A stretch of DNA of 64,000 bases. Origin: Eledone cirrhosa. Lineage: Eukaryota. The stretch is taken from positions 386,074,001 through 386,138,000 of the forward strand of contig OZ024741.1 of assembly GCA_964016885.1 (NCBI GenBank), given 5' to 3'. The first letter of the stretch is position 1, and each line of letters opens with the position of its first letter. A program made the position numbers and the translations under genes. Below the pieces are notes generated by a model. The model was not told where the DNA came from. It ran no database searches and saw only the letters and a program-made list of their open reading frames with translations. Of the stretch, positions 13,301 through 25,209 are shown piece by piece.

Positions 13301-16300
13301 TAGTAGTTATAGTTGTTGTTGTGGTAGTTATAGTTGTTGTTGTGATAGTTATAGTTGTTGTTGTGGTAGTTATAGTTGTTGTTGCAGTAGTTATAGTTGT
13401 TGTTGTAGTTATAATTGTTGTTGTGGTAGTTATAGTTGTTGTTGTGGTAGTTATAGTTGTTGTGGTAGTTATAGTTGTTGTTGTGGCAGTTATAGTTGTT
13501 GTTGTAGTAGTTATAGTTGTTGTTGTGGTAGTTATAGTTGTTGTTGTGGTAGTTATAGTTGTTGTTGTAGTAGTTATAGTTGTTGCAGTAGTTATAGTTG
13601 TTGTTGTGGTAGTTATAGTTGTTGTTGTGGTAGTTATAGTTGTTGTTGTGGTAGTTATAGTTGTTGTTGTGGTTATTATAGTTGTTGTTGTGGTAGTTAT
13701 AGTTGTTGCAGTAGTTATAGTTGTTGTTGTGGTAGTTATAGTTGTTGTTGTGGTAGTTATAGTTGTTGTTGTGGTAGTTATAGTTGTTGTTGTAGTAGTT
13801 ATAGTTGTTGTTGTGGTAGTTATAGTTGTTGTTGTAATAGTTATAGTTGTTGTTGTGGTAGTTATAGTTGTTGTTGTGGTAGTTATAGTTGTTGTTGTGG
13901 TAGTTATAGTTGTTGTTGTAGTAGTTATAGTTGTTGTTGTAGTAGTTATAGTTGTTGTTGTGGTAGTTATAGTTGTTGTTGCGGTAGTTATAGTTGTTGT
14001 TGTGGTAGTTATAGTTGTTGTTGTAGTAGTTATAGTTGTTGTTGTAGTAGTTATAGTTGTTGTTGTGGTAGTTATAGTTGTTGCTGTAGTAGTTATAGTT
14101 GTTGTTGTGGTAGTTATAGTTGTTGTTGTAGTAGTTATAGTTGTTGTTGTGGTAGTTATAGTTGTTGTTGTAGTAGTTATAGTTGTTGTTGTGGTAGTTA
14201 TAGTTGTTGTTGTGGTAGTTATAGTTGTTGTTGTAGTAGTTATAGTTGTTGTTGTGGTAGTTATAGTTGTTGTTGCAGTAGTTATAGTTGTTGTTGTAGT
14301 AGTTATAGTTGTAGTTGTAGTAGTTATAATTGTTGTTGTGGTAGTTATAGTTGTTGTTGTAGTAGTAATAGTTGTTGTTGTGGTAGTTATAGTTGTTGTT
14401 GTTGTAGTTATAGTTGTTGTTGTGGTAGTTATAGTTGTTGTTGTAGTAGTTATAGTTGTTGTTGTAGTAGTTATAGTTGTTGTTGTAGTAGTTATAGTTG
14501 TTGTGATAGTTATAGTTGTTGTTGTAGTAGTTATAGTTGTTGTTGTGGTAGTTATAGTTGTTGTTGTAGTAGTTATAGTTGTTGTTGTGGTAGTTATAGT
14601 TGTTGTGGTAGTTATAGTTGTTGTTGTGGTAGTTATAGTTGTTGTTGTAGTAGTTATAGTTTTTGTTGTGGTAGTTATAGTTGTTGTTGTAGTAGTTATA
14701 GTTGTTGTTGTTGTAGTTATAGTTGTTGTTGTGGTAGTCATAGTTGTTGTTGCAGTAGTTATAGTTGTTGTTGTAGTAGTTATAGTTGTTGTTGTGGTAG
14801 TTATTGTTGTTGTTGTAGTAGTTATAGTTGTTGTTGTGGTAGTTATAGTTGTTGTTGTTGTAGTTATAGTTGTTGTTGTTGTAGTTATAGTTGTTGTTGT
14901 GGTAGTTATAGTTGTTGTTGTGGTAGTTATAGTTGTTGTTGTAGTAGTTATAGTTGTTGTTGTTGTAGTTATAGTTGTTGTTGTGGTAGTTATAGTTGTT
15001 GTTGTAGTAGTTATAGTTGTTGTTGTTGTAGTTATAGTTGTTGTTGTGGTAGTTATAGTTGTTGTTGTGGTAGTTATAGTTGTTGTTGTTGTAGTTATAG
15101 TTGTTGTAGTAGTTATAGTTGTTGTTGTTGTAGTTATAGTTGTTGTTGTAGTAGTTATAGTTGTTGTTGTGGTAGTTATAGTTGTTGTAGTAGTTATAGT
15201 TGTTGTTGTTGTAGTTATAGTTGTTGTTGTGGTAGTCATAGTTGTTGTTGCAGTAGTTATAGTTGTTGTTGTAGTAGTTATAGTTGTTGTTGTGGTAGTT
15301 ATAGTTGTTGTTGTAGTAGTTATAGTTGTTGTTGTAGTAGTTATAGTTGTTGTTGTAGTAGTTATAGTTGTTGTTGTAGTAGTTATAGTTGTTGTTTTGG
15401 TAGTTATAGTTGTTGTTGTGGTAGTTATAGTTGTTGTTTAATAGTTATAGTTGTTGTTGTGGTAGTTATAGTTGTTGTTTAATAGTTATAGTTGTTGTTG
15501 TAATAGTTATAGTTGTTGTAGTAGTTATAGTTGTTGTAGTAGTTATAGTTGTTGTTGTAATAGTTATAGTTGTTGTTGTGTTAGTTATAGTTGTTGTTTA
15601 ATAGTTATAGTTGTTGTTGTAATAGTTATAGTTGTTGTTGTAGTATATATAGTTGTTGTTGTAGTAGTTATAGTTGTTGTTGTAGTAGTTATAGTTGTTG
15701 TTGTAGTAGTTATAGCTGTTGTTGTAGTAGTTATAGTTGTTGTTGTGGTAGTTATAGTTGTTGTTGTAGTAGTTATAGTTGTTGTTGTGGTAGTTATAGT
15801 TGTTGTTGTGGTAGTTATAGTTGTTGTTTAATAGTTATAGTTGTTTGTGTTGTAGTTATAGTTGTTGTTGTAGTAGTTATAGTTGTTGTTGTGGTAGTTA
15901 TAGTTGTTGTTGTAGTAGTTATAGTTTTTGTTGTGGTAGTTATAGTTGTTGTTGTAGTAGTTATAGTTGTTGTTGTGGTAGTTATAGTTGTTGTTGTAGT
16001 AGTTATAGTTGTTGTTGTGGTAGTTATAGTTGTTGTTGTGGTAGTTATAGTTGTTGCAGTAGTTATAGTTGTTGTTGTGGTAGTTATAGTTGTTGTTGCA
16101 GTAGTTATAGTTGTTGTTGTGGTAGTTATAGTTGTTGTTGTAGTAGTTATAGTTGTTGTTGTGGTAGTTATAGTTGTTGTTGTGGTAGTTATAGTTGTTG
16201 TTGTAGTAGTTATAGTTGTTGTGATAGTTATAGTTGTTGTTGTAGTAGTTATAGTTGTTGTTGTGGTAGTTATAGTTGTTGTTGTAGTAGTTATAGTTGT

Positions 16301-19300
16301 TGTTGTGGTAGTTATAGTTGTTGTTGTGGTTATTATAGTTGTTGTTGTGGTAGTTATAGTTGTTGCAGTAGTTATAGTTGTTGTTGTGGTAGTTATAGTT
16401 GTTGTTGTGGTAGTTATAGTTGTTGTTGTGGTAGTTATAGTTGTTGTTGTGGTAGTCATAGCTGTTGTTGCAGTAGTTATAGTTGTTGTTGTAGTAGTTA
16501 TAGTTGTTGTTGTGGTAGTTATAGTTGTTGTTGTAGTAGTTATAGTTGTTGTTGTAGTAGTTATAGTTGTTGTTGTAGTAGTTATAGTTGTTGTTGTAGT
16601 AGTTATAGTTGTTGTTGTGGTAGTTATAGTTGTTGTTGTGGTAGTTATAGTTGTTGCAGTAGTTATAGTTGTTGTTTAATAGTTATAGTTGTTGTTGTGG
16701 TAGTTATAGTTGTTGTTTAATAGTTATAGTTGTTGTTGTAATAGTTATAGTTGTTGTAGTAGTTATAGTTGTTGTAGTAGTTATAGTTGTTGTTGTAATA
16801 GTTATAGTTGTTGTTGTGTTAGTTATAGTTGTTGTTTAATAGTTATAGTTGTTGTTGTAATAGTTATAGTTGTTGTTGTAGTATATATAGTTGTTGTTGT
16901 AGTAGTTATAGTTGTTGTTGTAGTAGTTATAGTTGTTGTTGTAGTAGTTATAGCTGTTGTTGTAGTAGTTATAGTTGTTGTTGTGGTAGTTATAGTTGTT
17001 GTTGTAGTAGTTATAGTTGTTGTTGTGGTAGTTATAGTTGTTGTTGTGGTAGTTATAGTTGTTGTTTAATAGTTATAGTTGTTTGTGTTGTAGTTATAGT
17101 TGTTGTTGTAGTAGTTATAGTTGTTGTTGTGGTAGTTATAGTTGTTGTTGTAGTAGTTATAGTTTTTGTTGTGGTAGTTATAGTTGTTGTTGTAGTAGTT
17201 ATAGTTGTTGTTGTGGTAGTTATAGTTGTTGTTGTAGTAGTTATAGTTGTTGTTGTGGTAGTTATAGTTGTTGTTGTGGTAGTTATAGTTGTTGCAGTAG
17301 TTATAGTTGTTGTTGTAGTTATAGTAGTTGTTGTGGTAGTTATAGTTGTTGTTGCAGTAGTTATAGTTGTTGTTGTGGTAGTTATAGTTGTTGTTGTAGT
17401 AGTTATAGTTGTTGTTGTGGTAGTTATAGTTGTTGTTGTGGTAGTTATAGTTGTTGTTGTAGTAGTTATAGTTGTTGTGATAGTTATAGTTGTTGTTGTA
17501 GTAGTTATAGTTGTTGTTGTGGTAGTTATAGTTGTTGTTGTAGTAGTTATAGTTGTTGTTGTGGTAGTTATAGTTGTTGTTGTGGTTATTATAGTTGTTG
17601 TTGTGGTAGTTATAGTTGTTGCAGTAGTTATAGTTGTTGTTGTGGTAGTTATAGTTGTTGTTGTGGTAGTTATAGTTGTTGTTGTGGTAGTTATAGTTGT
17701 TGTTGTGGTAGTCATAGCTGTTGTTGCAGTAGTTATAGTTGTTGTTGTAGTAGTTATAGTTGTTGTTGTGGTAGTTATAGTTGTTGTTGTAGTAGTTATA
17801 GTTGTTGTTGTAGTAGTTATACTTGTTGTTGTGGTAGTTATAGTTGTTGTTGTGGTAGTTATAGTTGTTGCAGTAGTTATAGTTGTTGTTTAATAGTTAT
17901 AGTTGTTGTTGTGGTAGTTATAGTTGTTGTTTAATAGTTATAGTTGTTGTTGTAATAGTTATAGTTGTTGTAGTAGTTATAGTTGTTGTAGTAGTTATAG
18001 TTGTTGTTGTAATAGTTATAGTTGTTGTTGTGTTAGTTATAGTTGTTGTTTAATAGTTATAGTTGTTGTTGTAATAGTTATAGTTGTTGTTGTAGTATAT
18101 ATAGTTGTTGTTGTAGTAGTTATAGTTGTTGTTGTAGTAGTTATAGTTGTTGTTGTAGTAGTTATAGCTGTTGTTGTAGTAGTTATAGTTGTTGTTGTGG
18201 TAGTTATAGTTGTTGTTGTAGTAGTTATAGTTGTTGTTGTGGTAGTTATAGTTGTTGTTGTGGTAGTTATAGTTGTTGTTTAATAGTTATAGTTGTTTGT
18301 GTTGTAGTTATAGTTGTTGTTGTAGTAGTTATAGTTGTTGTTGTGGTAGTTATAGTTGTTGTTGTAGTAGTTATAGTTTTTGTTGTGGTAGTTATAGTTG
18401 TTGTTGTAGTAGTTATAGTTGTTGTTGTGGTAGTTATAGTTGTTGTTGTAGTAGTTATAGTTGTTGTTGTGGTAGTTATAGTTGTTGTTGTGGTAGTTAT
18501 AGTTGTTGCAGTAGTTATAGTTGTTGTTGTAGTTATAGTAGTTGTTGTGGTAGTTATAGTTGTTGTTGCAGTAGTTATAGTTGTTGTTGTGGTAGTTATA
18601 GTTGTTGTTGTAGTAGTTATAGTTGTTGTTGTGGTAGTTATAGTTGTTGTTGTGGTAGTCATAGTTGTTGTTGTAGTAGTTATAGTTGTTGCAGTAGTTA
18701 TAGTTGTTGTTGTGGTAGTTATAGTTGTTGTTGTGGTAGTTATAGTTGTTGTTGTGGTAGTTATAGTTGTTATTGTGGTTATTATAGTTGTTGTTGTGGT
18801 AGTTATAGTTGTTGCAGTAGTTATAGGTGTTGTTGTAGTAGTTATAGTTGTTGTTGTGGTAGTTGTAGTTGTTGTTGTGGTAGTTATAGTTGTTGTTGTA
18901 GTAGTTATAGTTGTTGTTGTGGTAGTTATAGTTGTTGTTGTGGTAGTTTTAGTTGTTGTTGTGGTAGTTATAGTTGTTGTTGTAGTAGTTATAGTTGTTG
19001 TTGTGGTAGTTATAGTTGTTGTTGTGATAGTTATAGTTGTTGTTGTGGTAGTTATAGTTGTTGTTGCAGTAGTTATAGTTGTTGTTGTAGTTATAATTGT
19101 TGTTGTGGTAGTTATAGTTGTTGTTGTGGTAGTTATAGTTGTTGTGGTAGTTATAGTTGTTGTTGTGGCAGTTATAGTTGTTGTTGTAGTAGTTATAGTT
19201 GTTGTTGTGGTAGTTATAGTTGTTGTTGTGGTAGTTATAGTTGTTGTTGTAGTAGTTATAGTTGTTGCAGTAGTTATAGTTGTTGTTGTGGTAGTTATAG

Positions 19301-22300
19301 TTGTTGTTGTGGTAGTTATAGTTGTTGTTGTGGTAGTTATAGTTGTTGTTGTGGTTATTATAGTTGTTGTTGTGGTAGTTATAGTTGTTGCAGTAGTTAT
19401 AGTTGTTGTTGTGGTAGTTATAGTTGTTGTTGTGGTAGTTATAGTTGTTGTTGTGGTAGTTATAGTTGTTGTTGTAGTAGTTATAGTTGTTGTTGTGGTA
19501 GTTATAGTTGTTGTTGTAATAGTTATAGTTGTTGTTGTGGTAGTTATAGTTGTTGTTGTGGTAGTTATAGTTGTTGTTGTGGTAGTTATAGTTGTTGTTG
19601 TAGTAGTTATAGTTGTTGTTGTAGTAGTTATAGTTGTTGTTGTGGTAGTTATAGTTGTTGCTGTAGTAGTTATAGTTGTTGTTGTGGTAGTTATAGTTGT
19701 TGTTGTAGTAGTTATAGTTGTTGTTGTGGTAGTTATAGTTTTTGTTGTAGTAGTTATAGTTGTTGTTGTGGTAGTTATAGTTGTTGTTGTGGTAGTTATA
19801 GTTGTTGTTGTAGTAGTTATAGTTGTTGTTGTGGTAGTTATAGTTGTTGTTGCAGTAGTTATAGTTGTTGTTGTAGTAGTTATAGTTGTAGTTGTAGTAG
19901 TTATAATTGTTGTTGTGGTAGTTATAGTTGTTGTTGTAGTAGTAATAGTTGTTGTTGTGGTAGTTATAGTTGTTGTTGTTGTAGTTATAGTTGTTGTTGT
20001 GGTAGTTATAGTTGTTGTTGTAGTAGTTATAGTTGTTGTTGTAGTAGTTATAGTTGTTGTTGTAGTAGTTATAGTTGTTGTGATAGTTATAGTTGTTGTT
20101 GTAGTAGTTATAGTTGTTGTTGTGGTAGTTATAGTTGTTGTTGTAGTAGTTATAGTTGTTGTTGTGGTAGTTATAGTTGTTGTGGTAGTTATAGTTGTTG
20201 TTGTGGTAGTTATAGTTGTTGTTGTAGTAGTTATAGTTGTTGTTGTGGTAGTTATAGTTGTTGTTGTAGTAGTTATAGTTGTTGTTGTTGTAGTTATAGT
20301 TGTTGTTGTGGTAGTCATAGTTGTTGTTGCAGTAGTTATAGTTGTTGTTGTAGTAGTTATAGTTGTTGTTGTGGTAGTTATAGTTGTTGTTGTGGTAGTT
20401 ATAGTTGTTGTTGCGGTAGTTATAGTTGTTGTTGTGGTAGTTATAGTTGTTGTTGTAGTAGTTATAGTTGTTGTTGTAGTAGTTATAGTTGTTGTTGTGG
20501 TAGTTATAGTTGTTGCTGTAGTAGTTATAGTTGTTGTTGTGGTAGTTATAGTTGTTGTTGTAGTAGTTATAGTTGTTGTTGTGGTAGTTATAGTTTTTGT
20601 TGTAGTAGTTATAGTTGTTGTTGTGGTAGTTATAGTTGTTGTTGTGGTAGTTATAGTTGTTGTTGTAGTAGTTATAGTTGTTGTTGTGGTAGTTATAGTT
20701 GTTGTTGCAGCAGTTATAGTTGTTGTTGTAGTAGTTATAGTTGTAGTTGTAGTAGTTATAATTGTTGTTGTGGTAGTTATAGTTGTTGTTGTAGTAGTAA
20801 TAGTTGTTGTTGTGGTAGTTATAGTTGTTGTTGTTGTAGTTATAGTTGTTGTTGTGGTAGTTATAGTTGTTGTTGTAGTAGTTATAGTTGTTGTTGTAGT
20901 AGTTATAGTTGTTGTTGTAGTAGTTATAGTTGTTGTGATAGTTATAGTTGTTGTTGTAGTAGTTATAGTTGTTGTTGTGGTAGTTATAGTTGTTGTTGTA
21001 GTAGTTATAGTTGTTGTTGTGGTAGTTATAGTTGTTGTGGTAGTTATAGTTGTTGTTGTGGTAGTTATAGTTGTTGTTGTAGTAGTTATAGTTGTTGTTG
21101 TGGTAGTTATAGTTGTTGTTGTAGTAGTTATAGTTGTTGTTGTTGTAGTTATAGTTGTTGTTGTGGTAGTCATAGTTGTTGTTGCAGTAGTTATAGTTGT
21201 TGTTGTAGTAGTTATAGTTGTTGTTGTGGTAGTTATAGTTGTTGTTGTAGTAGTTATAGTTGTTGTTGTGGTAGTTATAGTTGTTGTTGTTGTAGTTATA
21301 GTTGTTGTTGTTGTAGTTATAGTTGTTGTTGTGGTAGTTATAGTTGTTGTTGTGGTAGTTATAGTTGTTGTTGTAGTAGTTATAGTTGTTGTTGTTGTAG
21401 TTATAGTTGTTGTTGTGGTAGTTATAGTTGTTGTTGTAGTAGTTATAGTTGTTGTTGTTGTAGTTATAGTTGTGTTGTGGTAGTTATAGTTGTTGTTGTG
21501 GTAGTTATAGTTGTTGTTGTTGTAGTTATAGTTGTTGTAGTAGTTATAGTTGTTGTTGTTGTAGTTATAGTTGTTGTTGTAGTAGTTATAGTTGTTGTTG
21601 TGGTAGTTATAGTTGTTGTAGTAGTTATAGTTGTTGTTGTTGTAGTTATAGTTGTTGTTGTGGTAGTCATAGTTGTTGTTGCAGTAGTTATAGTTGTTGT
21701 TGTAGTAGTTATAGTTGTTGTTGTGGTAGTTATAGTTGTTGTTGTAGTAGTTATAGTTGTTGTTGTAGTAGTTATAGTTGTTGTTGTAGTAGTTATAGTT
21801 GTTGTTGTAGTAGTTATAGTTGTTGTTGTGGTAGTTATAGTTGTTGTTGTGGTAGTTATAGTTGTTGCAGTAGTTATAGTTGTTGTTTAATAGTTATAGT
21901 TGTTGTTGTGGTAGTTATAGTTGTTGTTTAATAGTTATAGTTGTTGTTGTAATAGTTATAGTTGTTGTAGTAGTTATAGTTGTTGTAGTAGTTATAGTTG
22001 TTGTTGTAATAGTTATAGTTGTTGTTGTGTTAGTTATAGTTGTTGTTTAATAGTTATAGTTGTTGTTGTAATAGTTATAGTTGTTGTTGTAGTATATATA
22101 GTTGTTGTTGTAGTAGTTATAGTTGTTGTTGTAGTAGTTATAGTTGTTGTTGTAGTAGTTATAGCTGTTGTTGTAGTAGTTATAGTTGTTGTTGTGGTAG
22201 TTATAGTTGTTGTTGTAGTAGTTATAGTTGTTGTTGTGGTAGTTATAGTTGTTGTTGTGGTAGTTATAGTTGTTGTTTAATAGTTATAGTTGTTTGTGTT

Positions 22301-25209
22301 GTAGTTATAGTTGTTGTTGTAGTAGTTATAGTTGTTGTTGTGGTAGTTATAGTTGTTGTTGTAGTAGTTATAGTTTTTGTTGTGGTAGTTATAGTTGTTG
22401 TTGTAGTAGTTATAGTTGTTGTTGTGGTAGTTATAGTTGTTGTTGTAGTAGTTATAGTTGTTGTTGTGGTAGTTATAGTTGTTGTTGTGGTAGTTATAGT
22501 TGTTGCAGTAGTTATAGTTGTTGTTGTAGTTATAGTAGTTGTTGTGGTAGTTATAGTTGTTGTTGCAGTAGTTATAGTTGTTGTTGTGGTAGTTATAGTT
22601 GTTGTTGTAGTAGTTATAGTTGTTGTTGTGGTAGTTATAGTTGTTGTTGTGGTAGTTATAGTTGTTGTTGTAGTAGTTATAGTTGTTGCAGTAGTTATAG
22701 TTGTTGTTGTGGTAGTTATAGTTGTTGTTGTGGTAGTTATAGTTGTTGTTGTGGTAGTTATAGTTGTTATTGTGGTTATTATAGTTGTTGTTGTGGTAGT
22801 TATAGTTGTTGCAGTAGTTATAGGTGTTGTTGTAGTAGTTATAGTTGTTGTTGTGGTAGTTATAGTTGTTGTTGTAATAGTTATAGTTGTTGTTGTGGTA
22901 GTTATAGTTGTTGTTGTGGTAGTTATAGTTGTTGTTGTGGTAGTTATAGTTGTTGTTGTAGTAGTTATAGTTGTTGTTGTAGTAGTTATAGTTGTTGTTG
23001 TGGTAGTTATAGTTGTTGTTGCGGTAGTTATAGTTGTTGTTGTGGTAGTTATAGTTGTTGTTGTAGTAGTTATAGTTGTTGTTGTGGTAGTTATAGTTGT
23101 TGTTGTAATAGTTATAGTTGTTGTTGTGGTAGTTATAGTTGTTGTTGTGGTAGTTATAGTTGTTGTTGTGGTAGTTATTGTTGTTGTTGTAGTAGTTATA
23201 GTTGTTGTTGTGGTAGTTATAGTTGTTGTTGTAGTAGTTATAGTTGTTGTTGTGGTAGTTATAGTTGTTGTTGTGGTAGTTATAGTTGTTGTAGTAGTAG
23301 TTATAGTTGTTGCTGTAGTAGTTATAGTTGTTGTTGTGGTAGTTATAGTTGTTGCTGTAGTAGTTATAGTTGTTGTTGTGGTAGTTATAGTTGTTGTTGT
23401 AGTAGTTATAGTTGTTGTAGTAGTAGTTATAGTTGTTGCTGTAGTAGTTATAGTTGTTGTTGTGGTAGTTATAGTTGTTGTTGTAGTAGTTATAGTTGTT
23501 GTTGTGGTAGTTATAGTTGTTGTTGTAGTAGTTATAGTTGTTGTTGTGGTAGTTATAGTTGTTGTTGTGGTAGTTATAGTTGTTGTTGTAGTAGTTATAG
23601 TTGTTGTTGTGGTAGTTATAGTTGTTGTTGCAGTAGTTATAGTTGTTGTTGTAGTAGTTATAGTTGTAGTTGTAGTAGTTATAATTGTTGTTGTGGTTGT
23701 TATAGTTGTTGTTGTAGTAGTAATAGTTGTTGTTGTGGTAGTTATAGTTGTTGTTGTTGTAGTTATAGTTGTTGTTGTGGTAGTTATAGTTGTTGTTGTA
23801 GTAGTTATAGTTGTTGTTGTAGTAGTTATAGTTGTTGTTGTAGTAGTTATAGTTGTTGTGATAGTTATAGTTGTTGTTGTAGTAGTTATAGTTGTTGTTG
23901 TGGTAGTTATAGTTGTTGTTGTAGTAGTTATAGTTGTTGTTGTGGTAGTTATAGTTGTTGTGGTAGTTATAGTTGTTGTTGTGGTAGTTATAGTTGTTGT
24001 TGTAGTAGTTATAGTTGTTGTTGTGGTAGTTATAGTTGTTGTTGTAGTAGTTATAGTTGTTGTCGTAGTAGTTATAGTTGTTGTTGTTGTAGTTATAGTT
24101 GTTGTTGTGGTAGTCATAGTTGTTGTTGCAGTAGTTATAGTTGTTGTTGTAGTAGTTATAGTTGTTGTTGTGGTAGTTATAGTTGTTGTTGTAGTAGTTA
24201 TAGTTGTTGTTGTGGTAGTTATAGTTGTTGTTGTTGTAGTTATAGTTGTTGTTGTTGTAGTTATAGTTGTTGTTGTGGTAGTTATAGTTGTTGTTGTGGT
24301 AGTTATAGTTGTTGTTGTAGTAGTTATAGTTGTTGTTGTTGTAGTTATAGTTGTTGTTGTGGTAGTTATAGTTGTTGTTGTAGTAGTTATAGTTGTTGTT
24401 GTTGTAGTTATAGTTGTTGTTGTGGTAGTTATAGTTGTTGTTGTTGTAGTTATAGTTGTTGTAGTAGTTATAGTTGTTGTTGTTGTAGTTATAGTTGTTG
24501 TTGTAGTAGTTATAGTTGTTGTTGTGGTAGTTATAGTTGTTGTAGTAGTTATACTTGTTGTTGTTGTAGTTATAGTTGTTGTTGTGGTAGTCATAGTTGT
24601 TGTTGCAGTAGTTATAGTTGTTGTTGTAGTAGTTATAGTTGTTGTTGTAGTAGTTATAGTTGTTGTTGTAGTAGTTATAGTTGTTGTTGTAGTAGTTATA
24701 GTTGTTGTTGTAGTAGTTATAGTTGTTGTTGTGGTAGTTATAGTTGTTGTTGTGGTAGTTATAGTTGTTGCAGTAGTTATAGTTGTTGTTTAATAGTTAT
24801 AGTTGTTGTTGTGGTAGTTATAGTTGTTGTTTAATAGTTATAGTTGTTGTTGTAATAGTTATAGTTGTTGTAGTAGTTATAGTTGTTGTAGTAGTTATAG
24901 TTGTTGTTGTAATAGTTATAGTTGTTGTTGTGTTAGTTATAGTTGTTGTTTAATAGTTATAGTTGTTGTTGTAATAGTTATAGTTGTTGTTGTAGTATAT
25001 ATAGTTGTTGTTGTAGTAGTTATAGTTGTTGTTGTAGTAGTTATAGTTGTTGTTGTAGTAGTTATAGCTGTTGTTGTAGTAGTTATAGTTGTTGTTGTGG
25101 TAGTTATAGTTGTTGTTGTAGTAGTTATAGTTGTTGTTGTGGTAGTTATAGTTGTTGTTGTGGTAGTTATAGTTGTTGTTTAATAGTTATAGTTGTTTGT
25201 GTTGTAGTT
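7309..25209. repeat. Satellite domain B: variable-length higher-order repeats delimited by eight type I landmark cassettes
   Basis: Cassettes start at about 7309, 10536, 12239, 15427, 16665, 17879, 21876 and 24779. The private variant ATAGGTGTT occurs at 8250, 11477, 13141, 18823 and 22820. The rarer variants GTTTTAG, GTGATAG, ATAATT and GTGGCA appear in a shared order in the longer units. Confidence 0.88.
12239..12669. repeat. Type I landmark cassette (representative copy, 431 bp)
   Basis: Four 20-bp monomers ATAGTTGTTGTTTAATAGTT have TAA ends at 12253, 12294, 12413 and 12643 (spacing 41/119/230). The cassette has one GTAGTATATATA monomer (12454), one ATAGCT monomer and a terminal ATAGTTGTTTGTGTTGTAGTT monomer. 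The identical 119-aa ORFs at 12284, 15472, 16710, 17924, 21921 and 24824 reflect the same cassette. Confidence 0.92.
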
